Source: the human T2T-CHM13v2.0 reference genome, Homo sapiens
Reading direction: 5' to 3' (one strand)
NCBI RefSeq assembly: GCF_009914755.1
Contig: NC_060946.1
DNA length: 64,000 bases
Shown piece after piece: positions 20,713 through 40,346 of this stretch. The stretch's first letter is position 1. Each line of letters begins with the position of its first letter. The notes beneath the pieces are model-generated. The model worked only from the letters and a program-made list of their open reading frames with translations, had not been told where the DNA came from and did no database searches. The position numbers were made by a program, and so were the translations under genes.

Positions 20713-21521
20713 TCATAATAGTTTTTATTTCTGTAGGATCTTTGGCGATGCCCCTTGTTTCATTCTTAATATTGTTATTTGTACCTTCTGTTTTGTCCTT
20801 CGTCTTTCTAGAAGTTTAATCATCCTTTTCAAAGAGCCATCCTCCTCTCCTCCTCCCCTACCCCCTCCTCTTCCTTCTTCCCCTTCTCTTTTCCCACCAC
20901 TCCTTTTCCTACTGTCCCTCCTCATTGCAGCACTGGGGAGTGAGGCTGAGGCCCTGCAGCCAGGTGGGCCTTCTCTGTGTTCCCATTGTTTCCAGTGGAG
21001 GGCTGGGTCTACCCCAGCCCCCAGCCCAGTAGCCTGGACATAGCAGACACTTATTTCTGTAGGCTGAGTTGAGCTGAATTTGCAGCGAGCCCAGCCTTCA
21101 CTTCTCCACTGTTACCTTGGATCCGCCGTCTGAGCAGCCCACTGCGTCTGTGATGGGTGCTGTGCCCCCCCATGGCCTCACGCTTAGCTGTCTACACCTT
21201 GTTGGCACTGGTCATCAGCCAGCTGCAGGATGCCTCTTTTTCTTTTCTAAAACCTCAGTCTTCTTTCCCCTTCAACCGCTCATGGGTTTTGGTCAGCAGC
21301 TGGCGTCTTGTGCACTCTGTGCTCCCTGGATGTGTGTTCTAGGCCTGGGGCTGCCAGTGATGGCCATCAGCTCAGCTCAGCTCTGTCTATACCATTCGTT
21401 TCTGTTGGAAAAACCCGAACCAGTAGGTATTGGATGGCAGCTGCTCACGGCAGCCTGTGCTGCCCCACCTGGGACAGCTGTGTCCTGTCGGTGCAGAGCC
21501 ACAGGGGTCCCTGTGCAGTGG

Positions 21522-21543
21522 CCCCCCCCCCCCCCCCCCCCCC
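21522..21543. repeat. C22 homopolymer
   Basis: Direct count. Confidence 0.95.
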
Positions 21544-21744
21544 GCCCAGACCCTCACATACACCACTGCCTGGTAGGACTCTGCCTGTCCCTTGAGGGGG
21601 CTTTCTTACAATCTTGTCTGGGTCTTTCCGTTATTTCTGCTTAATATAATTACTAGTTCAACTTTCCCATGAGAGTTTTTGGAGGAGGTGTCTCAGGGTT
21701 GTCAGGGTCGGCCCCGCCTGCCTCTCAGGTGTGTGTGATTTCAG

Positions 21745-21882
21745 GTGATTACGTTTTTGAAGAAGAAGGACAAGTTCATCAGCCTGGTGTTGAAGCACAT
21801 CGGCACCTCAGCGCTTATGGACCTGCTGCTGCGCCTGGTCAGCTGTGTGGAGCCAGCCGGGCTCCGGCAGGACGTCCTGCAC
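21745..21882 (+). CDS. PPP6R2: PPP6R2 coding exon 3 (VITFLKKK...QDVLH)
   Basis: tttcag| and CAC|gtgagt; 138 nt. Confidence 0.96.
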
Positions 21883-23284
21883 GTGAGTGCGGGAGTCCCC
21901 CCCCGTTCCCGAGGGCAGGGGTGCTGCAGGAAGCCAGCTGGTTAAGTGCAGGAGCTCAGAGCACCAGGGCGCCCGGCCCCCATCTCTCCACCTAGCGTGC
22001 ATTTCTCCGTGGGGCTGTTAGGGGTTCTTGTCAAGGATTGTGGCCTGTACCTTTTCCACTGTCCCGACTTAACTCGCTCAGAAGCACAGAGCAGAGAGGT
22101 CCCTTCTCCCCGCAGTCTCCAGCCTCCGGCTCTGTGAAGAGGCCGAAATGGACTTTCCTCGCCTGCCTCCTTTTCCCCTGCCAGCGCCCACCCCTGTGGC
22201 TTAGAGCAGGAGGTCAGTGAGGTGCTAGCCCTGCGTCCAGGCCTGTGCCTGCCAGGAGAGCCCCGGTGGACAGCAGTTCCCTGCAGAGCCCCGTTGTTTA
22301 CCCTGGAGTGTGGATGCGTCTGTTCTGATGGTGTTTAGTCAGTGAGAACAGGTGCTACAGTTCCCGAAAAGAGGAGGATGCCCCCCAGATAAGCCCAGGA
22401 AATCCGTGCTGACAAACTTCTGCTCACTGTTCGGCCAGCTTTGTTTGTGGTGAAGTTTAAAATAGAGTAGAGTAAACCCTGAGGCGCTCTGCCTGTTTCC
22501 CAGCTCCTGGAATCAGGACTCATCCGATGACCACTCTCACTCTTAGGTTAGTAATGCTTCCTCAGGGAGGAGCTTCTCACCAGGAATGACTGACCGCCAC
22601 CAACCTTTACACAGTGGACACAGGATCAGTACTAGCTGTGGTCATAGCCGTTAGTGGGAAGCCTGCAGAACTGTACGTCAGGCAGCCTTTTAGCTGCTTT
22701 ACTTGATTCACTTCACGAAGTAGCCACGGGGGGACAGCTCATCCCATTTTTGGATAAGGAATTTAGGCACAGGGCGCAGCAGTGCGGTGCGGTAGCCAGG
22801 TACGGCCCAGGCCTGCCAGACCCCGACACTCACACTGGGCCCCCGTTGCCCTTGAGCTTTACCCCACAGTGTTCGTGTAGCCTCTCCAGGGTGGAGTTAC
22901 TCTTCCTCAACATGGGAAGGCCCCAGTGCTGCAGGGAACAGCTGAGGCTTCTCTGGCTTCAGCATCCAGCGGGGCTCCTGAGCTATAGCTTGTGTGGCTC
23001 ATTTGCACCCTGGTCCTTAAGAGAGAAGTCCTGAAGACAGAGCTTACATACGCACCATTAGGACAGAGGGATGGTGGTCATCCTTTATCATCTTTTGAGC
23101 CACTCCCAGAACCTCCCAGAACTCAGTCATTGTGTGTTATGTGTGTTCTTTCTGGGTCTGGGGTGTGTCAGGCAAAGAGTCTATATTCTAGAAAACGGGT
23201 GCAGTGCTGCACCAAAGGGGAAAGGTTCCTGTTGTTTACTTAGACTTGAGCAGCGACACTGAAAGGCCTCTTTTTCTCTTTCAG

Positions 23285-23350
23285 TGGCTGAATGAAGAGA
23301 AGGTCATCCAGAGGCTTGTGGAGTTGATCCACCCGAGCCAGGATGAAGAT
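23285..23350 (+). CDS. PPP6R2: PPP6R2 coding exon 4 ([22 protein letters not shown])
   Basis: Long pyrimidine tract + cag|, GAT|gtgagt; 66 nt. Confidence 0.96.
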
Positions 23351-23516
23351 GTGAGTGTGCTGCTTACCGAGCTTCGTGCATCAGTCCAGGCCTGTGCTGC
23401 CAGGTCACCCACTGCTGCGGGCCAGGGGGCGAGGGAGGGCAAGTCATCCCTTTCCTAAGATGAGGATCGGTTAGGTACTTTTCTTTCTTTAATCAAGCAC
23501 TGACTTCTAGGCTGGA

Positions 23517-24165
23517 TTTTTTTTTTCTTTTTTTTTTTGAGATGGCGTTTCGCTCTTGTTGCCTGGGCTGGAGTGCAGTGGTGCAATCTCGGCTCACCAC
23601 AACCTCCGCCTCTTGGGTTCAAGCAATTCTCCTGCTCACCCAGTCGGGTGAGCCACCACACCCAGCCTCTAGGCTGTTTTCTTCTTGTTGTTGTTGTTGT
23701 TTAAATAGAGATGAGGTCTCACTACATTGCTCAGGCTGGTCTCAAAAACCTGGCCTCAAGTGATCCTCCTACCTCAGCCTCCTAAAGTGCTGTGGTTACA
23801 GGAGTGAGCCACCATGCCTGGCCTACACTTTTTTTTCTTAACTGAAAAATAATCTATGTGTATTATAAAAATAGGACAGGCGCGGTGGCTCATGCCTGTA
23901 ATCCCAGCACTTGGGGAGGCTGAGGCGGGCCGATCACTTGAGGTCAGGAGTTTTGAGACCAGCCTGGCCAACGTGGCGAAACCCTGTCTCTACTAAAAAT
24001 TAGCGAAGTGTGGTGTCAGGTGCCTGTAATCCCAGCCACTCAGGAAGCTGAGGCACAAGAATCACTTGAACCCAGGAAGGGGAGCTTGCAGTGAGCCGAG
24101 ATCACACCACTGTGCTCCAGCCTGGGCGACAGTGAGATTCTGTCTCAACAAACAAGCAAACCAAA
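23517..24165. mobile_element. Two minus Alu fragments and one plus Alu
   Basis: Alu consensus. Confidence 0.88.
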
Positions 24166-24183
24166 GAACAATTCTAATAGAAT

Positions 24184-24615
24184 TGTATCAGTCGTCTGTG
24201 ACCGAATAGCAAATTACCCTGAAATGTAGTTGCTTATGGCAAGTATTTTTACCTGTAGCAGTATCAGTTTCTGTGGATCAGGCGTCTGAATGTGGCTTAG
24301 TGGCTCTTCTGTTGAGTCTCACAAAATACAGTCATCTCAGAGCTCCACTGGGGTAGAGGCCAGCTCCATGGTCACAGATGGCTTGGCAGCATCCAGTTCC
24401 TCAGGGCTGTGGGCCGAGGCCGCCCTCAGCATTGCACCACATGGGCGTCTCCACAGGGCAGCACACAACGTGGAGCTGAGCTTTCCCCTCACTCTTAATG
24501 TATTTGGCTCTTTAGACCTGGGTGGCTGGGTCCAGCCCACACTAAAAGAGATGGGGGCTATAAAGGCATGAACTCCAGGACGGGATTGCTAGGGGCCCCC
24601 TAGGAGCCACCCACC
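24184..24615. mobile_element. MLT1-like MaLR solo LTR
   Basis: tgtatcagt end, agcaaattaccctgaaa, cagtttctgtggatcagg, catccagttcctc, tccagcccacact resemble MLT1. Confidence 0.6.
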
Positions 24616-24859
24616 CTGGAAGCACCTAAGGTGACAATGGGGCTCCCTGTGGTGATCCCTGTTGAGAGTTTGGGGTATATCCCAGTAGGCCTTTTCCTAG
24701 CATTACACATACCGATCTATACATACAACCACGTGTCCTTGGCAGATTGGAAAACAGTGGTGCTGACTCGTGTCTGAGGCCTTCACCGCTGCCTGGCCAA
24801 CCACCCTACTTTGTTCTCCATCAGCCCACAGGGCTGATCAGACAGACAGGAGAGGCCAC

Positions 24860-24938
24860 GTTGGCGTCTGTAGGAAACAAGGAGGCCGCCCTGCCTGATG
24901 TTGGCGTCTGTAGGAAGCAAGGAGGCCGCCCTGCCTGA
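24860..24938. repeat. 40-bp tandem duplication
   Basis: gttggcgtctgtaggaa.caaggaggccgccctgcctga at 24860 and 24900. Confidence 0.92.
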
Positions 24939-25579
24939 GAACTGGAGCCCACCCATGCATGTGGGTGTTGTGGGCTGATGGCCTGGCCTGGGTCCCAAAG
25001 GCAGACCTGAGAGCTAATCTGGCTGCTTTCTTTTCTCCCTAAAATACTCCTGTGAGTGTTTGCTTTCCCTCAGTCTTCCCACAGCATGTGAACCAATGCT
25101 GCAGGGAGTCAGGGGTTGTTTCTCTCTTAATCACATTTGTCTTACCTACAGAACAGCCCTACATTGTCAGCAGGGGCACGTTCCCATCACGGATTGCGTG
25201 TTAATGTTTCCCTAGAAAAGATGAGTCCTCTGTTTTCTTGGTAGCAACTTCCCTATTTTCATTAGCTTACAGGACTCATTCTGAATAATAGCAGCTACTT
25301 ATTACCACATTTAAAATATAGTATCAGTAACATGGCCACATATTCAGCATATTTCAAAACGTGGATCACAGGTATAGCCCAGTATCTGCATTGCATATCT
25401 GACCATTATTAGCCCTGTTTTGAATTCCTGAAGATAGTTCAATGCAGCTTTAAAAAAAAGAAAACTCTAACCAGATCTACATTTTGACGACAGAAAAGGC
25501 AGACACAGGCTTCTTTGAAATGAAGCTGTTGTCTGGAATCTTTCTTTGTAGGAAACTGGTTTAGAGAAAGTCCCACATC

Positions 25580-25878
25580 TTTTTCTTTTTTTTTTTGAGA
25601 TGGAGTCTCGCTCTGTCACCCAGGCTGGAGTGCAGTGGTGCGATCTTGGCTCACTGCAAGCTCCTTCTCCCAGGTTCAAGCCATTCTCCTGCCCTCAGCC
25701 AACCGAGTAGCTGGGACTACAGGCACCCGCCACCACGCCCGGCTAATTTTTTGTATTTTTAGTAGAGATGGGGTTTCACCGTGTTAGCCAGGATGGTCTT
25801 GATCTCCTGACCTGATGATCTGCCTGCCTTGGCCTCCCAAAGTGCTAGGATTACAGGCCTGAGCCATTGTGCCTGGCC
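25580..25878 (-). mobile_element. Alu (Y-like) with 15-bp TSD aaagtcccacatctt
   Basis: Alu consensus, TSD on both sides. Confidence 0.93.
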
Positions 25879-26059
25879 AAAAGTCCCACATCTTAAAAAA
25901 AAAGAAAAAGTATTTGAACATCACAGTGGTATTGAACAACAACGAAAGTCTAGCATCTGCCAGAGAAGCAGCAGGACTTGTGCCCTGTGTGCCCAGCAGG
26001 GCTGGTCCTGCTGTTTCTTCTCCACACTGAGGGACTCTGTGTTTCCCTTGTCTTTTCAG

Positions 26060-26172
26060 AGGCAGTCAAATGCTTCTCAGACTCTCTGTGACATAGTTAG
26101 GCTGGGCAGAGACCAGGGCAGTCAGCTGCAAGAGGCTCTGGAGCCAGACCCGCTCCTCACAGCGCTGGAGTC
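26060..26172 (+). CDS. PPP6R2: PPP6R2 coding exon 5 ([15 protein letters not shown]...TALES)
   Basis: ttttcag| and TC|gtgagt; 113 nt. Confidence 0.96.
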
Positions 26173-26541
26173 GTGAGTGCTGGTGGGCCGTGGTGCTGGT
26201 GGGCCTCCCTTTCTGGGTCATGGGGACGTCTGTGAGCCTTGCTCTGAGCACCAGGATATGTTGCCACCTCCTCTGATTCACATTCGAATGAACCCCAGGT
26301 TCAGAGCCCATGTTAACTTGGGGCCTGTTTCCAGAGGGAGGGGTCTCCAGAGGAGTCACCTGGTGGGTCTAGAGAGTGGGCCAGCAGCAGCAGGAGTGTC
26401 CTGAGAACCCTGGCGCCTTGCCTTGAGCCTGAGCAGGTTGAGGGTTTTGCTGGGGTCCTCCACGGGGAGGAAGGAGCATCCTTGCATCCTTTGTGTGTGT
26501 GTCTGCTCTGCCAGGCAGTGACCTCTGTGTGTGTCCAGCAG

Positions 26542-26655
26542 GCAGGACTGTGTGGAGCAGCTTCTGAAGAACATGTTTGATGGAGACCGGACGGAGAGCT
26601 GCCTCGTCAGTGGGACTCAGGTGTTACTCACCTTGCTGGAAACCAGGCGGGTTGG
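26542..26655 (+). CDS. PPP6R2: PPP6R2 coding exon 6 (QDCVEQLLKNMF...TRRVG); NAGNAG alternative start 26539
   Basis: cagcag| acceptor and GG|gtgagt; 114 nt; missed by the ORF track. Confidence 0.94.
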
Positions 26656-28272
26656 GTGAGTCTCACGAGGAGAAATCGTGTAGAGCTGAACTTGACGCCT
26701 CAGTGATATGGCAGCCCACACGAGCAGTCTGGATTATGTCATTTGTGGTTTTAATTTTTGATTATGCAAGTAACAACATGGATAGATTCCCCTTGTTGAA
26801 GGCTTGACTTTATGGCTGTGGCCAAGTCCCCTTAGACCCTCATCATCACTGGTGCTCCCTCTCCAGCCTGAAGCTGCTCGTCACGACCAGTTGGCGATGC
26901 ATTTGTCGATGTGCGTGGAACAGGTGTGGTTGGCAGGTTTTCCCCAAGGACTGTTCCGACAAGTCCCCACAGCTCCCGTGTGTGTTTGTGTGTGTGTCGC
27001 AGGGTTTCCACTCTGATGCATGGTTACATATACATGTGTTTATCTCCCATGCAGACTGGCCCTCACAGGGCAGGGGTGTGACACTCACCGCTGTCTCCCG
27101 TGCCCTGTGCACCCACGGGTCGGCACCGCCTGCTGAGCGTCGTGCTGAGCACTTTTTTCCCAGGCGACTCTCCTCCATTGCCCTTTCTCATTCATCAGGT
27201 GTCATTTCTGCACCCACTGTGCACTAACACGGGCCCGAGGAGACAGAGAACTGAGACACAGCCCCTCCCCTTTAATTGCTCCCAGTCTGGCACAGGAGGC
27301 CCGTCTGTGGACAGCGAGGGTGATGCAGAGTGGCGAGTGCAGTAGACATGCACCCAGTGCCTCGGGGCTCACAAGAAGGGACCCACATGGGGCTGGTGGG
27401 TGGAGCCTCGCAGTCAGGGACATTTTCCCTGAGAGGCCGCATCTGGTCAGACACAGCTCCTTGGATGAGGCAGTGAGGGGGTCCCAGTGTGGACACAAGC
27501 ATGGGGCAGTATGTGGCAGAGGAGAGTGGAGCTTGCTTGGAGGTGCTCCTTTGCTGTGACCCCACATCGCTGTCCTGAGGTGCAGCTGTCGGAGGCTGCT
27601 GAGTCACGACAGTGAATGGGCAGAGACAGAGGAGTCAGCAGCAGAAGAGTGAGTTCGGGTGAAAGTTGAGTTTGTTTGAGGATATAGGTGCTGGAGACCC
27701 TTCTCTGACCCCCAGTAGAAATTTCAGGAAGTGTTTGAAACTGTTTCTCTGGATCATAGTGTGGCCTAGTCCTTCCCTCAAGTCATAGAAGGCTGGGCAC
27801 TGCCAGAGCCGTTCAAGCAGTTGAAACTCCAAAGAGGATGCCCATGAGGCGCAAATGGAAAGACAGCCGAGTGGAGTCTGTGAGGGAGGCATTGGCACAA
27901 GGGGGTGTGGTTGGCCCGCCAGGTGCCCAGGAGATCCTATAGGGTGTGTCCCAAAAGGGCCACATCAGTGTCCTCTGGGCACTTCCCCTCCTGGCCTCAC
28001 CCTGGCCCTTGAACCCCATCTCTGGATTCAGGTTCCCCACATGCCGGCAGGAACCTGATGTCTCAGGACGTTTCCGTCGTCTCCGTTCCATCACAGGCTG
28101 GGACGATGTCTAACTCTCCCAAGGTGGCCGTAGCTCCCTTATTTCCACGTTCTGGGGAGAACATAATTCAGCCCCCAACACTGATAGCCTGTGCTTTTTT
28201 AAAGTGAAAGAAAAAGGAACAATGAGAAAATGATAAGAAATTGACTTAACCTTGATAGTGAGGTTGTTAGGA

Positions 28273-28312
28273 CTCTCTTTCTCTCTCTCTCTCTCTCTCT
28301 CTGTCTGTCTCT
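28273..28312. repeat. (CT)n microsatellite
   Basis: ctctctttctctctctctctctctctctctgtctgtctct. Confidence 0.85.
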
Positions 28313-28524
28313 GGTAGTACCTAATACATATTTGTTAGTTTATTAACCAGAAGTAGTGTTATAATGTTACCGTTTTCTCTAGTTAGGCAACTGGAATATT
28401 GATATTTTAATCTTCATAAACCCAGGAAAGCTGAGCCACTTCTGAGGCCCAAGCTTAACCCTGTATGTGATAGAGGGGACTGTGTAAAAATCAGGAAAAC
28501 AGAGATAAGCCAGCTGTTTCTCTT

Positions 28525-29136
<612 letters not shown>

Positions 29137-29448
29137 TTAAAAGTGGGACAGAGCAGGACCTCTAACTGGTGCTAGGGCCAGTGAGTCCTGTGTTGTGTCA
29201 CTTGCCCTGCCTCCATATTCTCGGATGTCGCAAGCAAGCATCTGCCTGAAGGTCTTTAGTACCTTTCTCTTCTGCCTGTACCAGTCACCAGATCACGTGT
29301 GGAGACGCTGGGTAGCTGCACTGCTCTAGGGTTTCTTTTTGGGAAAGTTAAAAGGGCTCTTTCTGGAAGAAGCGGGTGCACTGAGTTGCTGGTGAGGTTG
29401 GACAGGGTCCTGGTGTCCCCGGTCTCCATCTGCTTTCCTCATCCACAG

Positions 29449-29575
29449 GACAGAGGGCTTGGTGGACTCCTTTTCTCAGGGACTGGAAAGGTCATACGCT
29501 GTCAGCAGCAGCGTACTACACGGCATCGAGCCTCGGCTGAAGGACTTCCACCAGCTCCTGCTCAACCCGCCCAAG
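29449..29575 (+). CDS. PPP6R2: PPP6R2 coding exon 7 (TEGLVDSF...LLNPPK)
   Basis: ccacag| and AAG|gtaaat; 127 nt. Confidence 0.95.
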
Positions 29576-30656
29576 GTAAATGGCCGTGGCGACTGCTGAG
29601 TGCCTTTGGAGGCGTCGCAGGAGAGGTTGATTTGCAGGGAGGAGAAGCCACAGCTTGTCCCATAGGTAGCAGAGTGTGGAGTGAATGTGTTCTAAGACGG
29701 CCATTCCCACACCCCCACTTGAGAAGCACCGGGCAGGTGCCAAAACACATTTTCAGGACTGCCCCTCCCAGATCTGCAAATGCTCATCTCTGCCTCTGCA
29801 AATGACCCCGAGGTCACCATAAGCCTGGCCTCCAAGTTGGGGGCACCTAGCTAAGGGGTGCTCGGCTCCTGAGAGGGGACCAGGGGGTGGCAGGGGAGGC
29901 CCTTTGCCCTGCTCAGCAGCATGTTGAGGGGGGTGAGGCACACAAAGGCTCCTCCTGGTTCAGACTGCCAGCCAGGCAACTCCCCATCCCGTCTCACCCT
30001 CCCCAGACACAACCCGACCCCTGCTGCATAGCACCCTCCTGACCTATAGCTCAGTTCCTCTCACTCGCCACCTTGGTAAGATCCACCTGTCCCACTAGCG
30101 AGCTCTGTGGGGGCCAAGATTCTGTTTTGTCAGCTGGAGGTTTCAGTGAAGAGAAGGTAGGTGCAGTAGGCTGAGTGTGGGGGATCAGAAAAGACCGCGG
30201 TCCATCGGAGGAGGCATTCCCGTCAGTGTCCCCAAAGTGTGTTCATGGGACACTTGTTAGCTTGGTGTTCTGAGATTGTGGCCGCAGAGGGACCCCCACT
30301 GGGCATCCTCAGTGAGGCATCGTGCCAAGGGCTCTGGCCTTAGACCGGTACTGCTGGCCCCATCTTGGACATCTCACCCGCTGAGGTGCACGGCTCTCTG
30401 GCCCTGCAGGCTCAGACTGGAGTGCCCGTGAGCATCCTGGGAGCACTCTCTGAAGCCCTGAGGGGAGCAGCAGGCTCTTCACCCCATTGATGCCTTCATT
30501 TCTTCTGGCAGACGGCCCTCCCTGAGGAACCCCCACCACATACCTCGCTACCCCAGGCTGGGTCCCAGCCTAGAGTGATGGGCATGAGCCCAGAGACTCC
30601 AGCAGTGGCCTCACTGCTCACAGGGCCTAACTGGGTGGTGCCTTCTGTGTTTGCAG

Positions 30657-30809
30657 AAGAAAGCGATCCTGACCACCATTGGTGTGCTGGAGGAGCCCCT
30701 GGGGAATGCCCGTCTGCATGGCGCCCGCCTCATGGCAGCACTGCTGCACACAAACACACCCAGCATCAACCAGGAGCTCTGCCGGCTCAACACGATGGAC
30801 TTACTGCTG
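30657..30809 (+). CDS. PPP6R2: PPP6R2 coding exon 8 (KKAILTTIGVLEEPLGNARL...MDLLL)
   Basis: ttgcag| and CTG|gtaagt; 153 nt. Confidence 0.96.
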
Positions 30810-31478
30810 GTAAGTGGGCCCCTCAGCCAGCCCTGCATGTCTGTGAGTGTGCCGGGCATGGCCTGTGGACTTGTCAGGAGCAGCAGAGCAGGGCCCCAGC
30901 ATTTGGACAAAGCTCTGCCACGGGGAGGTTCCAGTCCCAAGTCCCAAGGCTGGACTACAGGTCTCTGGCGGGGCACAGAGCAGCAGTGGGGTGTGTCTCA
31001 GCTGCAGGCTCATGGGAAGTGACGAGTCTACCGTAGAATTGCCCTGAAAGCAGAAGGCGGATTTCTAACCCGGTTTGATGGAATAGAGTGACACGTCTAC
31101 CTCCTTTCTCATGTTCTGACTGAACAACATAGAACTTACACGGTGGTTATTAGGTATAAAATGGCTAAAAGAGAAGCTCCTGTCGTCCACAGTAGAAGGC
31201 CAACCTGGCAGTTTTTGTCAAAGCCAGCGGGCAGTGCCTCTCCATCCCGCAGACGGCTTGCATGATGCTCCAGGTGGCTGAGGAGAGGAAGGGGCAGGCG
31301 GTGCTGGCAAGTAGTGCCAGTGAGCAGCCCTGGCTGTGGGTGGCGGGCTCCTCTGCGGAGAGCATGAGGCTGCTCCCCTGAGAACGAAGGGCACTGCCCT
31401 AGTGGGTCCTGTTGGCAGACGCAGCCCCCGTCTTCTGCCTGGCTCTGGGGCTCTGCTGGAATCTCCCTGCAATCTTAG

Positions 31479-32133
<655 letters not shown>

Positions 32134-32164
32134 CCTTTTCCTTCTTCAAAAGAATTCTGTCTTC

Positions 32165-36990
<4,826 letters not shown>

Positions 36991-37668
36991 AGGTCTGACT
37001 CCATGTTACAGATGAGGTGACACAGGAAAGCCTCCTCCAAGGTTGCTCAAGGTCACATGGGCAGAGAAGGTGAAGCCAGGATTTAGGACTACGTTTCTGT
37101 GGAGAACATGAAGCAAATGAGCCTCCTGCCTTTCTCTAGCTCCAACCCCACTGTGTGGAACGAGGAGCCCAAGCTCGAATCCTGGTGTGGAATATACACC
37201 TCACCCCATTCCCCTCTCCATACAGTCCTCCTTCTCCATGGAGGCAGAAGAGGGTCTGGGACACAGGCTGCCGTGGCCCTGGAATGTAAGAGACGGCAGT
37301 GGGGGGCGAGTGCGTCAGACCTATGTCCCCCTCTCTGTCCTCATCTGGAAGAAGCTACATGGGAGGTGAGAGATGGCAGCTGTCCTCGTTCAGCCACCTC
37401 TGTCCCCCAGGGGAGTATCTAGGTGGCCAGAACCACCTCTGGGCTTCAGCCCATGCTGGTTAAGTCTGGGCTCCCTTGGGGAGTGTCTGAATGTGCCCCT
37501 CACAGTCTCACGTTTGTGTGGTGGACGATATGCACACGCCTGCCCATCCTGGGTGGAATCCTCATGTGCTTGAGAGTCTAACACACTTCCAATAATTCAT
37601 GAGAAAGACAGAATCATAAAGGAACTTCTCACATACTTAGAACTGAAGAATCATAAAAATACTACTTA

Positions 37669-38241
<573 letters not shown>

Positions 38242-38367
38242 CTACCCAGAGACTGGACTTGTGAGGAGTTAGGACGCCACCTTTAGGAAGGGTTTCCCTC
38301 AGCTTTGTGGTGTAGCCGGCAGGAGAAAACCGATCTAAGAACTGTCTTCTGTCCTCTGTTTACCCAG

Positions 38368-38577
38368 GACTTGTTCTTTAAGTACACCTGGAATAACTTT
38401 TTGCACTTCCAAGTGGAACTATGCATAGCCGCTATTCTCTCCCACGCTGCCCGTGAGGAGAGGACAGAAGCCAGCGGATCCGAGAGCAGGGTGGAGCCTC
38501 CGCATGAGAACGGGAACCGGAGCCTGGAGACTCCCCAGCCGGCCGCCAGCCTCCCTGACAACACAATGGTGACCCAC
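38368..38577 (+). CDS. PPP6R2: PPP6R2 coding exon 9 ([17 protein letters not shown]...MVTH)
   Basis: cccag| and CAC|gtgagt; 210 nt; SAPS-domain WNNFLH motif. Confidence 0.97.
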
Positions 38578-39459
38578 GTGAGTCCAAGAAGCATCCATCT
38601 TATCAGCGCCAACTGCGCCCCACTCAGACCGTGTCCATGTCAGCGCTGACGTGTGCCGGACCTCACTGTGCAGCTGACACGGGGGCAGGGCTTTGAAAAG
38701 GGTCCCCAGGTGTCTGGTCAGACGCTCGTAGACAGTGGGGCTTGAGTGGGTCTTGCAGATCTCATTCCTACCTGCCTTCAGCAGGGGTACTGGTGCCTTC
38801 CACGTGCAGGCCTGGCAAGGGTTAGCACTGGATGAGATGAGTTCAGTCTGGCCTCCAGCTGGAGGCCCAGGGAATAAATGCCCAGGGAGCCAGCAGTGTC
38901 AGTGATGGGAGCCACACGGTGGGGAGGGGATGCTGAGGGACATGCAGGCCAACCAGGGACTGTCACCCGGATAGCAAGGCCACAGGTATATCGTAGTGTG
39001 AGGTGGAGCCCAGGAAAAACATCTCAGGTACAAGAAGTGATCTGTGTCAGGGCCTGGAGGTGAGAGAAAGTGCTGAGGGCAGACAGCCCTAGTCGTTCTT
39101 CCGGACACAGAGAAAGAGGGCAGGAGAGTGGCCAAAGTGGAGGGCAATGGAGAGACGGGGAGAAGGCCCAGGGGAAGACAGGGGTCAGGGGGCAATTCCA
39201 GGAGTTGGAGGAGAAGGGAGAGGGTCCTTTTCTCGGGCTTCATCTTTAGGGCGCTCAGCAGTATGAGCCCCGAACCGCACCCTCCTCTGGTGTTTGGTGA
39301 GGACCGCGGAGGCTGGGGCTGTGCGTGCGCAGCAGTCAGGGCCTGCAAAGTCCACACAGACGTGGCCGCCAGCCAGCCCTGCCCAGTCCAGGGATGGGTG
39401 GAGGGGTGCGTGCCGCCTTCAGACCCTGACTCACGCTGTCCCCCTGCCCCGCCCCCCAG

Positions 39460-39524
39460 CTGTTCCAGAAGTGCTGCCTGGTGCAGAGGATCCTGGAGGC
39501 CTGGGAAGCCAACGACCACACGCA
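39460..39524 (+). CDS. PPP6R2: PPP6R2 coding exon 10 (LFQKCCLVQRILEAWEANDHTQ)
   Basis: cccccag| and CA|gtaaga; 65 nt. Confidence 0.95.
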
Positions 39525-40346
39525 GTAAGAGCCGCTCGGACGTGGAGGGACCCAGCCTGGCCAGTCAGGGATGCAGAGACGCACCTCACCCAAGCCCTGG
39601 TGACGCTGCGTGCAGGACTGCAGGATCGGGTGGAGTGTAGGGTGTGCGACGTGGCTCCACGTTCTGGGGCTGCTGTGCAAGGGGCCCTTCTACTGGGCGG
39701 ACAGCTGCAAATGCTACTTGGGGAGGGGACACAGGGAGCCGACAGGAAGCGGTCCCGTCCCCACCAGGCACCTGCTCTGGCCCCCGCCCAGCCTGGCTTT
39801 GCCCTCTTGTGGGTCCGCTGTCCGTTCCTGATCTTCCCCAGGAACTCGGGCCCTCCGTCAGCACTCGCACACAGGGACGCGTTATTTTGGTCTTTCCATC
39901 TTCTGCTTAATGGGTGCTCCCTCTGGTCAGGACACATGTCCCGCTTATTGTCGTGGGCCCAGAGCCATCCCCACCCGTTTGCTGTCCTGCTGGGAACTGT
40001 CTGGCTCTGGGCGATATGAGGAGGGACTCCAGGGAGCTGGGAGGGGTCTGAGTGCAGCTGTGGGGAAGCAGAGGCCGAGCTGGGCTGTACAGCATGGAGG
40101 TCCCGCCCAACCCTCCCCTTGGGGTGCTGAGCCTGAGCTTGGTAGCTGGCAGCATGGGCTCACCTCCTGCGCCACTGCTGCCACCAGCGGGACTTAGGCC
40201 ACGCCACGGCCTTTCTGCCTCCATTTCCCTGTCTGTAAAATGGAGTGAGAGCAGTGTCTGTTTCCTCATCTGTCTCAGTGGCACTTTTGGTAGTGAGGTT
40301 GGGGTGAGCCTGCTGCACGTGGCAGGTGCTACTCAAACAGAAGTGT

